A DNA stretch of 63,775 nt, filler included, from Octopus bimaculoides (GCF_001194135.2; 7 parts of 6 records of this genome joined end to end with filler, not necessarily neighbours in it), one strand, 5' to 3'. Positions 22,898-37,139 are shown, counted from the first letter of the whole stretch. A program made the numbers and translations. The notes: generated by a model not told the origin, from the sequence alone.

Positions 22898-23798
22898 GCG
22901 TGTGCATGTGTATAACTGAACTAGTGAACTAGAGTGGATAGTATATATATGCGTATGTGTATATGTATCTTAAATAGAGAACTAGAGTGGGTTATGAATA
23001 AATAGATAAATAAATAAATAAATATCTTGGCTCACATCGCAGACATTTAATAGTATGTCATATTTAGAAACAAGGTCTACGAAATATTCTTCGGTAGCCT
23101 TGTAAAAGTATAGAAACAACTGGATTCACTCTTCACATATCACCGAAACTGTTAATGATAATAGATGAAGGTTACTTTTTACAAGGTAAACAAACTTTAC
23201 GACTGATGTAACACATTTACATTTGTAAACAAACTTTGTGACTGACGTAACTCACTTGAATAATGTTACGAGGTTAACGACCTGACCGCTATTGTCATAG
23301 TGTATTGCAGCATGAGCTATGACAGCACAAATGCACAGACTTTTATTCGTGTTTATTTAGTTATGCTGGCAGATGAAGCCCACAACGATCTTTTCGGTAC
23401 TTTATAAAGATAGACGGCACCGACTTCCCACTCGCGTGCGCATCCTCCATGCCGCCACGTATACATACATACAAAGTGAAACGCGCGCGCATATACTTGT
23501 ATGTGTTCTTGTTTAGCTGAGGATAGAGCTCAACTTATGATCTACGGTTTTCGAGCCGTGATCACCCAATCTTTTTTAATGTCTGGAACCACATTGTTCG
23601 ATATGTCCTTCCCATTTTTAGGCGTTAGACTATAATTTTATGGAAATTTGTCTACTATTTCTAGGAAACTAAAAGAAGCCAGTCGTATATATATATATAT
23701 ATATATNNNNNNNNNNCACACATACACATATATACATACATGTATATATGTATATATACATGTATGTATATATGTGTATGTGTGTGTGTGTGTGTGTC

Positions 23799-23829
<31 letters not shown>

Positions 23830-23862
23830 GTGTGTGTTCGTGTGCGTCTGTGTCTGTGTGTA

Positions 23863-25102
23863 TTGGGTTGACAAGAAAGTAATTTCGTTTTTTGCAAAGC
23901 GATAGAGTTACGATTTTTTAAAATAACTTTTGTCAATGTCATAATTTTTTTTACATAACTGTTACTTTTAGCTTACTTTAGAAACAAATTGCGCGTAATT
24001 TTGCTTACACCTGTTAGTTCAGTGTCAATTTTAACAGACTGCAAAAAAACGAACATTTCCCCCATATTTTGCTTTTTTATTTCCGTAAAGGTAAGAAAGC
24101 TACTTAGGCTCACAAAGAGATATGTGAAGTTTATGGTGTTGATTGCTTAACAGAACGTACATGTCAGAAATGGTTTTAAAAATTCCGTTCTGGAGATTTT
24201 TCAGTCGAAGATGACCAACGCTCTGGTCGACCTACTGAAGTTTGTGATGACCGAATCAAAGCCATAATTGAATCTGAGAGTCATATAACTGTGCGAGACA
24301 TTGCAAAGAGGTTAAATGTATCACATACAACAATTGAAAATCACTTAAAATGTCTTGGACTCGTTAAGAAGCTCGATATTTGGGTTTCACATAAATTCAA
24401 AGAGATTTCCTTAATACAACGAATCAATATTTGAGATATCTCAAACGCAGTGAAATCGACCTTCTTTTGAAATGGTTCATCACTGGTGATGAAAAATGGA
24501 TTGAAAACGATCATGGTCCAAGCATATTGAACCGGCAAAAACCACATCGAAATCTGAATTGCATCATAAAAAAGATCATGCTATCAATTTGGTGGGATTG
24601 CAAAGGTGTTGTGTATTTTGAGCTGCTTCCAAGGAGTCAAACGATCAATTCAGATGTTTACTGTCAACAACTAATGAAACTGAAGGAAGCAATCAATGAA
24701 AAACGGCCAGAATTGGCAAATCGTAAAGGAATCGTGTTCCACCATGACAACACATTTACTAACTCGTGAAAAATTATTGTAGCTTGGTTGGGAAGTGATG
24801 TCACATCCATCATATAGCCCTGACCTTGCACCATCAGATTACCATTTATTTCAAAGTTTGTAAAATACTTTGAATGGTGAAACTTTCAATAATGATGATG
24901 ACCTGAAATAGCACTTGCTTCCGTTTTTGGCTGATAAGGACCAGAAGTTCTATGAGCACAGAATCATGAAGTTGCCAGAAAGATAGCAAAAGGTCATCGA
25001 ACAAAATGGAAAATACATAATTGATTAAAGTTCATTCTTTGTATGAAAATAATGACTTTTATTTCACTCTAAAAAACCAAAATTACTTTTTTGCCAAGCC
25101 AA
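23863..25102 (+). mobile_element. Mariner (D,D34D) transposon, near full length, transposase pseudogene ~24040-25028
   Basis: TIRs TTGGGTTGACAAGAAAGTAATTTCG / CAAAATTACTTTTTTGCCAAGCCAA, TA TSDs (23861-62, 25103-04); decayed ITGDEKWI, IMLSIWWDCKGVVYFELLP, FHHDN, HPSYSPDLAPSDYHLF. Confidence 0.95.
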
Positions 25103-25129
25103 TATGTGTGTGTGTGTGTGTGTGTGTAT

Positions 25130-25320
25130 GTGTGTGTTCCCGAGTACAGCTTGACAACCGATGTTGGTATGTTTACGTCCCCGTAACTTAGCGATTCGGC
25201 AAAAGAGACCGATAGAATAAGTATTACGCCTAAAAATTAAGTCCTGGTGTCGCTTTGTTCGACTAAAACACTTCAAAGCGGTGCCCTAGCATGGCCACAG
25301 TCAAGTAAGAGATAAAAGAT
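25130..25320 (+). mobile_element. 3' half of SINE family B (5' remnant at ~23655-23700, split by the mariner)
   Basis: GCTTGACAACCGATGTTGG...CTAGCATGGCCACAGTC; upstream remnant GGAAACTAAAAGAAGCCAGTCGTATATA. Confidence 0.7.
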
Positions 25321-25583
25321 TTTTTTTTGTTTCTCAGTTGTTGACAGTTTCATTCACGTGTTTTAACGACTGGTCTGTATTTTGATTTCATGTTTAGAAC
25401 AAACTAAAGTTTTCTTTTTTTTTTTTACCTTCCTTGTTAATTCTAAAACAAATATACTTCACGATNNNNNNNNNNNNNNNNNNNNNNNNNNNNNNNNNNN
25501 NNNNNNNNNTTAATTAATTAANNNNNNNNNNNNNNNNNNNNNNNNNNNNNNNNNNNNNNNNNNNNGTGTGTGTGTGTGTGTGC

Positions 25584-25621
<38 letters not shown>

Positions 25622-28600
25622 CACGTGAAAGCACTCCCACTCAAACAAGCACATATATAAGCAACTTGTCTTTTAGGTTGTGCAGATTCGTTGCAAACGA
25701 GAGGCAGCTTAATGAATATTCATTCCTTCTTCAATAGCCCTCTATGTGTATTGTTTTAATATTTATAAAATTAAATTAAATTACGTTTTAGGATTAATTG
25801 AATTAAACCTCTGGTATTATATGGAAAACTTTGTTTTTGAATTTAAACAAATTTTCCTTCGTTTGAAATTAATTAGTGATATAATTATTACGCTGCAATT
25901 GATAAAAAATTTAAGAAAAAGCAGGAGGAATTTTAGACTTAGTTATGGATAATTATAACAAAGTAAAATGGCTTTCTTTATTAAGAATTAAATTTTAGAG
26001 GAGTTAGTAAATACAAGTTCATGCAAACAGTTTTATATTCAAATGTTTTATTGAAAAAAAAAATTCAATTCAAAAGAAAGGCAGCACTCAATTGTTTTCT
26101 CTTTATCATAGTCAGTGCGTAACAAGATCTTATATTGCAACGAACAAGCAGCAATTTCAGTAATTATAGATCCGCTGGGGATTTACTCTGGTGAATTTTA
26201 ACTACTCATTTAGGTACGCACCACCATATGTGTTAACACTATAGGCGCAGATGGTTGTTTCATTTTACACAATAAGCAAGTCTCGTTGACGTAAATTCTA
26301 ATTTCGTTATCTAATGAGATTCATTCACTACCAGTTAAATCCAATATAAAGATCGGCATCGATAATTTCGATGCAACGTGATTACAATCCTTCTCGGCTT
26401 TCAAAATAATAAATGAAATCAAGCATTAGTTGAAAGCCTTTCGACATCGATGTCTGTGAGTAAACATCATTAAAATGGAATGGTAGGTCATTAAATGTGA
26501 CATGGAAGCAAAAGATTAATGATCTCGCCTAATATTTATTGAATATACTTGGCTTAGAATTATTTTATCGCCACTTATTTTAACAATAATGGTGACAGGG
26601 TTATCATCAAACCAGGGAAAGCCAATATTAGGCCAATATAATATGAAAATCAATTATAATTAATTTAGTAAAATATATTCATCTCTCTGTCATTCTCCTT
26701 CCACCTAACTGAATTTCCCTCTCTCTCTCTCTCTCTCTAACTCCGTGGAATTGTAGACTCAATAATTAATTAGTTCATTATATGATTTGTTAGTATCAAT
26801 TTTACTACAAACTAATATTTAATTAGAAAGTGCATGGTAATTATATGAGTAAACAAACGACATGACCAAAATTAAAAATAGAAAAGTTTACGCTGGCCAA
26901 ATAAAAGTATCATTGTACACTGCTTGTGGACAAATGAAGCAATACGCTATCAGCTACAATGTTTCTATCTAGGTAACTCTTTCTTTAAAAGAAAATTGGT
27001 TGAAAGTGTACAACAAAATTAGAAGATTGAATTTGTTCTGTAATTCTGCAGATACTGTAATTAGTTCTGTAATTCTGCAAGTACTTCAACGCAATTTGAA
27101 TACTAGCAATCATTGGGGATACTAAAGGATATATTCTATCTAAAATCACTGAATTTAATTACAAGCTGTCAATCGGATTTCTTTTAGAATATCTTGTTAT
27201 ACTTTTCCAACGTATCAGTTCGCAGTGAGTGGTATCTATCATAGCGTGGTTGAGAAGGGATGTTTGTTATTCGGTTCATAACATATACACGTAATGTACT
27301 TTGTTCGTAAAACGACTGTTATCCAGTTTTCTCGCCGATGTGAATATCTTTCGGTTTCTATACTTATGCATGTAGTAGTGTGATCTCTACTTAATTCTAT
27401 TAAGAGTGTATTAATCAATTACAACGTATCGCAGATATTTCAAAGCATCAGGCAATGCAATTCTGGCATCGGTAAACGGGTAATTGCGGAGTGAATTCTT
27501 TAATTTAAATAACATTTGTTGTGCTGTGTAGTTTTTGTTTTAATAATTAGTTTGCACCGATTTTTCCTGATAAAATATATATCTCTGACAAATATTGATT
27601 ACAATTACCGATGATTTGGTCGTATGAGTGCATGTGAAAAGAATTGAAATTAAAAATAAGATTCAAAGATAAAAGAAGTTGCAAATATTTGCGGTGGATT
27701 TGTGAATGTAATTTGAGCCCAGATATGGGTTTTGTTATGAAGTCACAATAGGTGAACTCATGATTTTGATTTTGCTTAGTATTGGAAATATGCGATTTGT
27801 CTCTTGATTACAGGATATATTTCTGTTATTGTACTGTTTCTTCAGCTCAAATTGCTTAGTTCATCATGACACATTTTAAGCAACGCAAATCTTTCTAGGC
27901 AATGATCTTCCCAAAAAGATCAAATTCAACTGCTGAGATTTTATTGATCGCTTCACCTTATCTTTATTCCGAAGGATGAATGTTCCTTTACCATAGCTCC
28001 TGCTTGTTAGCCATTCAGTGGGTTTTTTAGAATGTGATCATCTTTCATTTGGACAAAACGTCATATACATCAGCACTAAATTATCATGGTTTTGACAGTG
28101 GATATATCACATTTTGTCGAAGGTTTCCACATGTGATATGTTATTTTGCCATTTTATGTTGCAGATATTGTGCAAATAGTACGTGTGAAAATTGAAAAGA
28201 TACACACACACGCATGCACAAACACACACACATAGATGTGTGTGCTTATAAATATGTATGTGTGCGCATATAAATATGAATGTATGTGTATAAGTGTCTG
28301 CGTGTGTGTGTGTGTGCGTGCGTGTGTTTGTGTGTGTGTACGTCCCATTCAATAGGTACAGTTTCCCCTTCCCAGACGATAAACCGATGTCAATCGAAAC
28401 TTGTATTTACTAGTTTATTTGTATATTCCAGTTATTCTTTTGTTTAAACCAACCCAAAATGAGATGCTGATGAGCAGAGTTTTCTCGGTATGAAACACAC
28501 AAACTCCTCAGGAATTCACTGTATATTGGTGTATCTTGTTTGTTTCACATGAAAGAAAAGTGAAAAAATATGGTAGTATGAAAACCAGTATACCGGTATG

Positions 28601-31131
28601 TGAGCGCGGGAATTATAATCAAGGACATTCACAGTTTATTAGTAACCCGTACATACCATAAAATATATACTGTCTACTATAGATAATTTTTGAATAATGA
28701 AATTGCTCTTCTGGTGCAATGTGCCGTCTATTTCTCATAGAACTTCATTTACCCATAGTTACTTGAAGCAATACAAAATTGCAGAGATAGCTGTGTGACA
28801 GGAAATTGCTCATTCGGTAAACGAACATCCAACATCCATAACCTTAGACCAACTGAAATCCTGCGACATTTTCTTTAACAGATTCTCTTTTCTGCAGTTG
28901 AAATGCAAATAAAACTAGCCGAAATAAGTCGCAAACTTTAGTAATGATAGTAACACGTCTGCACTACCAAGTATTGTAAATCGTTGGTTCTATATTCATA
29001 ATGAACTGTTACAATACCATGCTCTCTTTTCGAAATATTCTATCCATACACTATCAGAATTAAATGCTGTCTATTCAATTTCAACTTTATACCTCGATGT
29101 TGTATACAACATTTATCATTGTTTGCGTAGTGGAGACATGAGTTTTAGCACATCACTAAAGTCTATTGTTTCATTTAAGTGAACTTTGATTTTAAAGGCA
29201 ACAAATGTCAATAAATTGTATTCACAAGAACGATGATAATGTTTCCTGACTCTGTAATGTAGAAATGCTTCAGTAAGCCCACTTATTTAGCGCTTTCACT
29301 GCAATAAGAATGGTTTAGGAAATAATTTCAGAATTGATAGGCTAAGGACTACGAAACAAAAGATAACTGTCACTACAGTATCTCCCTGAAGCCTCTGGTT
29401 TAATTTCTACTTGAATTCTATCCATTCTCCATCATTGGAATTGCAAATAACCTTCGGAAAATGCATGTTAAAAGCTGCACGTAAATTGGATGAGGAAGCT
29501 TGGCGCTTTGATTCCCGGTACGGTGCAAACATTCATGAAAATGGAAGAAGGCTATAATATATCAATGTAGTCGTGCGATTATCAAAGGAATAACTGACAA
29601 AGAAGACATTATATAAATTTTAGACGTGATAGAAATGTCAGCTGATTTTGCCCGCATCACATCCTGCAATCCAAAAACGTGCGCACAATATAGTTACGTT
29701 CGCAATATCACACGGAATAAGGCGAGATAGTCATCACTTCAACGTCTAAAATGATAGTTTTTTTTTATCCTATACTGGATGTGGATTATAAAATTTATAT
29801 TGAAAACCTGAGACGTAACTTCTACAAAACTTGTGCTTCCATATTTCAGTAAAAATTTTTAAACCACCCAGTTATATTTGTTAAGCCTAAAATTATTCCG
29901 AGTCTCTGCCTCCCTAAAGAAGAATAAAAGACATTTAATGGAACAAAGATTTAAAACTCAAAGAGAGAAACGATGAAAAATATGTTGAAACAAAACAGAC
30001 AATTTAAAGACAAACATGCAACAAACATTTACATAAATGTACTGGAAGTGGGTAGTATTTGTTACATGTTAATAAAACTCGCAAAACTACTCATACACAG
30101 ATTCTTTTAATATGATTGCTAGCCGCTTCAGAAAGGAGCATGTTATTTTTTAGGATATATCATTTTACTATATGCGTTAGCCTTTCTCACGCCAACTCCT
30201 CGATCATTACAATACATTCATCCATTACCATCACTCCAACACTTCTTCTCTGGCTACACCGATATATATGTTTTGCAGTCTTCTACACAAGATATGTGTG
30301 CCCACCGGAAGATTTTAGCTACAACGATAGACATGCTTTGCAGTTTTCTACACAAGAATGTGTGCCCACCAGAAGATTACTTCTCTGATAACAGCATCGT
30401 AAGTATTAAGCAACCTTTCTTTTGTATTAAGGTGTAAATATCCCCATTATATAATATCTCATGACCGGATAATACGATTGATGGTTTGTACAAAAATTTA
30501 TATATTTATATTTATGATGGTGGTGGCTGTTAAAATCCCAAATCCTGTTGTTCTACCAAATAATCTAAAAATCAAATCCCCTAGAGGTAATGATCTAAAA
30601 TTGCTTGCCTTTGTAAAGAACGTCCGGGTTCCAAAGTAGGATGTCATGGATATGGAGGAAGATTATATTTGGGATATAAAGTTGTAAAGGTTTAATCATA
30701 TAGACGTGCCGAGAATATTATATTGACGCCCAATTGATGCCCAAGATGTTACATGGAACTAAGGTTTCAAGTTTCTTAATATGTTTAGTTAGGTTTCAAA
30801 TATGTTATGTCTTAATTGAACCAGATTCATCGGCAGGATATCTACTACTTTGTGATTGACAAAAAGGTTGTTATCAATGTTATTGTGTAAAGATGATCCA
30901 AAATAGAAACGATCTGAAATGCCCACTGTCAGGACGCTGTATTTTGTTAACTTAATGTATATTGATAAATGTGCGCATGCGTATTATTTTAATTTCATGT
31001 TATTCCATTCGTTTGTGTGAGGAATTTATTAACTTATCTTCATCAATCCGTTCTAAATCTCTTCCAATTTTTCTTATATATGAACTTCACATTTCTTTTT
31101 ACCTGGAAATACACACACACGCACACGCACA

Positions 31132-31174
<43 letters not shown>

Positions 31175-31477
31175 GAAAAGCACTCGGTTTGATTGGCCTG
31201 AGGCTATAGAAGAAAACACTTGACAAAAGCGCCATCTAGTAGGACTGAACCAAAACAATATAGATACTGAAATGTCTATATAATTTGTCTAAATGGGAGG
31301 GTTCGTCTCTGCTTCTTTTAGGAATGTATATGTGTGTGCGCTCATTTGTATATGTGTTGAATATTTGCATGTATAGTGAGAAAGGAAGCGTGAAGAGTAG
31401 ATATTTGCGTTCAAATATATGTCAATGTGTATCTATGTCTGCCATTTTGTATTTGCTTGAGTGCTTACACGTGTGTT

Positions 31478-31584
31478 CGAATAATTCCGTGTAGTTCTTT
31501 AACTTTACGTCTTTACACTACGTTTAAGCGAATAATTCCGTGTAGTTCTTTAACTTTACGTCTTTACACTACGTTTAAGCGAAT
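31478..31584. repeat. Perfect 51-bp tandem duplication
   Basis: CGAATAATTCCGTGTAGTTCTTTAACTTTACGTCTTTACACTACGTTTAAG x2 plus CGAAT. Confidence 0.95.
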
Positions 31585-32892
31585 GCACACGCACACAAAC
31601 ACACACACAAACACACACATAAACACAAATTCTCTCTCCTTCCCTAGCTTTCTTTCTCACACATATAAACAAAACTGAATGACAGACATTTTCTCTGTAC
31701 TGAAGTATATGTAAATGAATATTTTTGCGTGAGTGCAACTGCCACGTTATGCGTATATATACATTTTTACGTATACATACAGGCGTATATCTCTATATCT
31801 GTATGTCAATTTACATACATTTAAAAAAAAATTATGCATCTACATAGATATGTAAATGAATATTTATGCGCACCTAAGTTTATATAGTTTTCTTTGTAAT
31901 TTTTTTTTTGTTTTTTTTGTTATTTCCATTTATATTTTTTTCCCTACAAACAATTAAAATATATCCCACTCCTTATTGGCCAAAAAATTTCCCTTCTAAA
32001 CTTCCGTAGCGTTTTTTAAGAAGCTCCAACTTAATGAATAGTATAAAAAGTGTGGTGTTTTATTTTATTAAAATATGCCACATGTCTTGAATAATTTATT
32101 CTCACATCTAAAAACATACATTTTCTTATATTTGTAAAGATCTATACTGCACACATCAATATTCACGTTCATACAAACTTCTATTTATACATGTGCGTGT
32201 GTGAGTGTGTGTGTGTGTGTGTGCGCGCGCGCGCGGTCGTGTGTGTATTTATATATATGTATGTATTCATGTATATATAATTATATTTCTATGTATGAAT
32301 GTATATATATATANNNNNNNNNNNNNNNNNNNNNNNNNNNNNNNNNNNNNNNNNNNNNNNNNNNNNNNNNNNNNNNNNNNNNNNNNNNNNNNNNNNNNNN
32401 NNNNNNNNNNNNNNNNNNNNNNNNNNNNNNNNNNNNNNNNNNNNNNNNNNNNNNNNNNNNNNNNNNNNNNNNNNNNNNNNNNNNNNNNNNNNNNNNNNTA
32501 TATATATATATATATATATGTATATATAATATATATATGTATATATAATATATATATGCATATATGAATGCATGATTATGTTCTGTGAGCGTTTGATTGT
32601 TATGTTAGAAGCAGTAGCAGTAGCTCTTGTATTGTGTAGAACGCTTGAATATCTCATGGAGTACGTGGCAAAGTTTAGGCTAAATATATTAGAAAGCATA
32701 ATAAAATATTATTTTAAAGCTGAAAGTAAGGTAGGAACTTTTTCAAACAACCTCATGTAGGGGCATCTATGTATATGTGTGTAGAGAAGCATGTGTGTCA
32801 GTATAAAGATTAAGTGAGTGTGTGCATGTATATACATGGGAGCACGTGTATGTCTGCGTCTGTATGTATGCGAACAATTACGCCCCTGTGTG

Positions 32893-32948
<56 letters not shown>

Positions 32949-33547
32949 GAGATGCATGCTTTTGTACTTACATGTGTTTGTGTGTGTGTGGACGTATCTA
33001 TATGGAAGAATACGTGTGACTATCTGACATATGTGTGTATGAGGTTATTAGATGTGTGTGCGTGTGTGTGCATGTGCGTATATGTGTGCGTTTTCGTGTT
33101 CAGACGCGTGTGTGTAGCAGGTAATGTGTGGGTGTAAAGGCAGTATGAGTAGCGTCTCTGCGTGCGTATGCATTCTTGTTATTTTCTTAGGTGTGTATAT
33201 CTAAGAGGCTGTGGCACATACGTCTGTCACCATAAACTCTCTCGACGCTATTGTGCGCATGTATATTTTGTGCGTTTATGCGTGTGTGTATGTATGTGAG
33301 CGATTGTGGGTGTCCTTATTATTAGTTGTACAGAGTGTGTTTATGAATTTCATATGCAAGTGTATATTCTGTGTTAATGCACCGGTATGTATGTAAAGGT
33401 GACTGTAAGTGTGAGACTATCTGACGTAAATGTATGCTGTAGGGAGATGTATGTGTGCCGACAGGGATTGATGTGTTTGGTGAAATAGGGGATACAAAAG
33501 AACGTAAAGACAGACGAAATAACGCTAAGCATTTCGCCCGGCGTGCT

Positions 33548-33788
33548 AAGGCTTCTTATTTCTTTATTGCCCACAGGGGGCTAAACACAGAGGGGACAAA
33601 CAAGGACAGCCAATGGATTAAGCCGATTACATTGACCCCGGTGCGTAACTGGTAATTAATTTATCGACCCCGAAAGGATGACAGGCAAAGTCAACCTCGA
33701 CGGAATTTGAACGCAGAACGTAGCGGCAGACGAAACACCGCTAAGCATTTCGCCCGGCGTGCTAAGGTTTCTGCCAGCTCACCGCCTT
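33548..33788 (-). mobile_element. SINE family A, full length
   Basis: Reverse complement matches 1688-1919 along its whole length. Confidence 0.85.
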
Positions 33789-33964
33789 AATATTACATAT
33801 ATTACTGCACTATTTGGCAATATTCCGGAGATGGAATTTTGTTGAAACAATTGTACATTTATGGTTTAAAAAAAGGAGTTGATCTTTCCACACTTCTTTG
33901 TAATTATAAAACTTTCTGCGAAAATTTGTGGATTTTCAGGCGTGTCTTTGATATCACCAGCAAT

Positions 33965-34320
33965 TGTCGGCTTACAGTCGGTCAACTATCCTGGAACTGA
34001 ATTTGAAAATAAAAGGAAAGCTTCTGCTGATTTGATACCTGAGTATTAAATGAAGTTCAGGCAAGGTTGTTTGTGGAAGGACAGCAGTCGCCCGTGAATA
34101 CCAGCCTCCCCTCCCCATACCACTGATGTTATCCAAGGGAAAGGTAAAGGCCGATACAGCTTGGCACCAGTGATGTCGCAACTCATTTCTACAGCTGAGT
34201 GAACTAGAGCAACGTGAAATAAAGTGTCTTGCTCAAGGACACAACACACAGCCCGGTCCGTGAATCGAACTTACAATCTCACGATCATAAGCTGGACGCT
34301 CACTTAGCCATGCGCCTTCA
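33965..34320 (-). mobile_element. SINE family C
   Basis: Shares GTTATCCAAGGGAAAGG..AAAGG.CCGATACAGCTTGGCACC...CAGCTGAGTGAACT...CAACGTGAAATAAAGT.TCTTGCTCAA with 55520-55848. Confidence 0.8.
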
Positions 34321-34323
34321 CAT

Positions 34324-34358
<35 letters not shown>

Positions 34359-35023
34359 ATGTGTGTGTGTGCGTGTGTATGTGTGTGTGTGTGTGTGTGT
34401 GTGTAATTGCATGTTAAGCAGAGTTCACTATATTCAATGTACAATATGAAAACTACATATATGAATAGTGATATAGCTGATGAAGGGCGAATATTTAATC
34501 CAATGGCTATTGCTCTTATTTATGATATTATTCATTTCATTACAGCTTCAATAGTTGTAATTTGATTTTTAATATCTTATATCAAGCAGTTTTTACCAGC
34601 GTACCAAGTGTTATTTATGTAGATTAGCTTTCAGATGAACTAATCTCAGTGATTCTGTTTATTTCGTGTAACGCACACGTCACGGTGTTTAAGCTTGTTG
34701 TTAAAGGAAACATGTAGATAAGTCGATAATATATTGGAAATATCGAGATGTTTAATGTTCCAATTCAATTAATTTTAAAATAGAAGGCAATTATTTATAG
34801 AGAACAAGCAGAACGTGTTTCAGCAAAGAATACAGTAGAAATATCCATATGTGCCCAGTGTGCAACTTATAGATGCTTATAAGTTTATTACAAGTGGAGT
34901 AATTTACATTTTATGAGCGTCCACTCATAAAAATGATGCTTATATCTAATTGCAAGTTATATAATATGTACATTTAAATGTTACTAAATAAATCTGTCAT
35001 TGTAAATTGATATATCTACACAG

Positions 35024-35181
35024 ACAGGAGTGGCTGTGTGGTAAGAAGCTTGCTTCCAAACCACATGATTCCAGGTTCAGCCCCACTGCGTGGCACCTTC
35101 GGCAGGTGTCTTCTACTATAACCTCGGGCCGACCAAAGCCTTGTTAGTGTATTTGGTAGGCAGAAACCGAAAGAAGTCCGT

Positions 35182-35185
<4 letters not shown>
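35024..35185 (+). mobile_element. 5' half of SINE family B (rest lost in gap)
   Basis: ACAGGAGTGGCTGTGTGGTAAGAAGCTTGC...GGTTCAGCCCCACTGCGTGGCACC...AAAGAAGTCCGTTGTATATA. Confidence 0.8.
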
Positions 35186-35222
<37 letters not shown>

Positions 35223-35322
35223 NNNNNNNNNNNNNNNNNNNNNNNNNNNNNNNNNNNNNNNNNNNNTTAATTAATTAANNNNNNNNNNNNNNNNNNNNNN
35301 NNNNNNNNNNNNNNNNNNNNNN

Positions 35323-35375
<53 letters not shown>

Positions 35376-35638
35376 GACGGAGAGAGAGATGGAAGAGAGA
35401 GACAGGTAGACAGAGAGAAAGAAACTAACAGACAGACAGACAGACAGACAGACAGATACAGAGAGAGAGAGAAAGACGATAGAGACTTTAGGTGCCCGCT
35501 CAAATTGTTAGAAACAGCAGCCAAATAATCCTTAAATCACACGCTATACAGAAGAATGTGAATTTATGGTCGTAGCTTGAACTTCTTAAACATAGGTCTG
35601 CTTTATCGAGCCTGACTTGGGGCTGAACAAAAGTAATA

Positions 35639-35716
<78 letters not shown>

Positions 35717-35862
35717 ACTCTCCGTTGATGTCTGTGCGTATGTGTGCATATGTGTGCATGTGTGCGTGTATATGTGTGTAAGTATATGCATATATAATTA
35801 CATGCAAACACGCACATACACGCATACAGAATATATAATTCACACGCAGAATACCCTATACA

Positions 35863-35897
<35 letters not shown>

Positions 35898-37139
35898 CAC
35901 ACACACAAAACACACCCCCACACACACAACACACAACACACACACAAGTTAATTGACTGGAGCACCGACAAAACATTTATGAGATGAAACTTGTAACCAA
36001 GGTTACGATTACAAGTTTAATAAACATAACTTATTAATAAACATGCTTTTAGCCTCGCTGTGAAAATAGGCACCGCAGGCCAAATTTCCCAGCAAGACTA
36101 AAAATATCTTTATCAAACATAAAATAGTAACCTTAGTTACAATTTTAATATTTATATGTGTGTCTGTGTGTGTGTTTNNNNNNNNNNNNNNNNNNNNNNN
36201 NNNNNNNNNNNNNNNNNNNNNNNNNNNNNNNNNNNNNNNNNNNNNNNNNNNNNNNNNNNNNNNNNNNNNNNNNNNNNNNNNNNNNNNNNNNNNNNNNNNN
36301 NNNNNNNNNNNNNNNNNNNNNNNNNNNNNNNNNNNNNNNNNNNNNNNNNNNNNNNNNNNNNNNNNNNNNNNNNNNNNNNNNNNNNNNNNNNNNNNNNNNN
36401 NNNNNNNNNNNNNNNNNNNNNNNNNNNNNNNNNNNNNNNNNNNNNNNNNNNNNNNNNNNNNNNNNNNNNNNNNNNNNNNNNNNNNNNNNNNNNNNNNNNN
36501 NNNNNNNNNNNNNNNNNNNNNNNNNNNNNNNNNNNNNNNNNNNNNNNNNNNNNNNNNNNNNNNNNNNNNNNNNNNNNNNNNNNNNNNNNNNNNNNNNNNN
36601 NNNNNNNNNNNNNNNNNNNNNNNNNNNNNNNNNNNNNNNNNNNNNNNNNNNNNNNNNNNNNNNNNNNNNNNNNNNNNNNNNNNNNNNNNNNNNNNNNNNN
36701 NNNNNNNNNNNNNNNNNNNNNNNNNNNNNNNNNNNNNNNNNNNNNNNNNNNNNNNNNNNNNNNNNNNNNNNNNNNNNNNNNNNNNNNNNNNNNNNNNNNN
36801 NNNNNNNNNNNNNNNNNNNNNNNNNNNNNNNNNNNNNNNNNNNNNNNNNNNNNNNNNNNNNNNNNNNNNNNNNNNNNNNNNNNNNNNNNNNNNNNNNNNN
36901 NNNTGTATATATGTATATATATATATATAAAAAATACAAATAATATGTGAATATATGCATATATACGTACATGTATGTACATATCTACATCTACATGTGT
37001 ATATAGATGCATATCTGGGTACAGGACGTCATAAAGAAAACGTGGACAATATGAAAAACAGAACATAAACAGAGTACAGAAAACACACAGGCTACATAGA
37101 GAACATTTCCTAGGTAAATCGAAAATAAAAGTAAAGACC

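Noticed and set aside
29410-29560. Protein-like stretch ELQITFGKCMLKAARKLDEEAWRFDSRYGANIH
   Set aside because: Bounded by stops, no splice signals, no family recognised; possibly a decayed TE.
31478-31584. Short direct repeats as a CRISPR-like array
   Set aside because: Only two adjacent units, no spacers, eukaryotic context, no cas genes.
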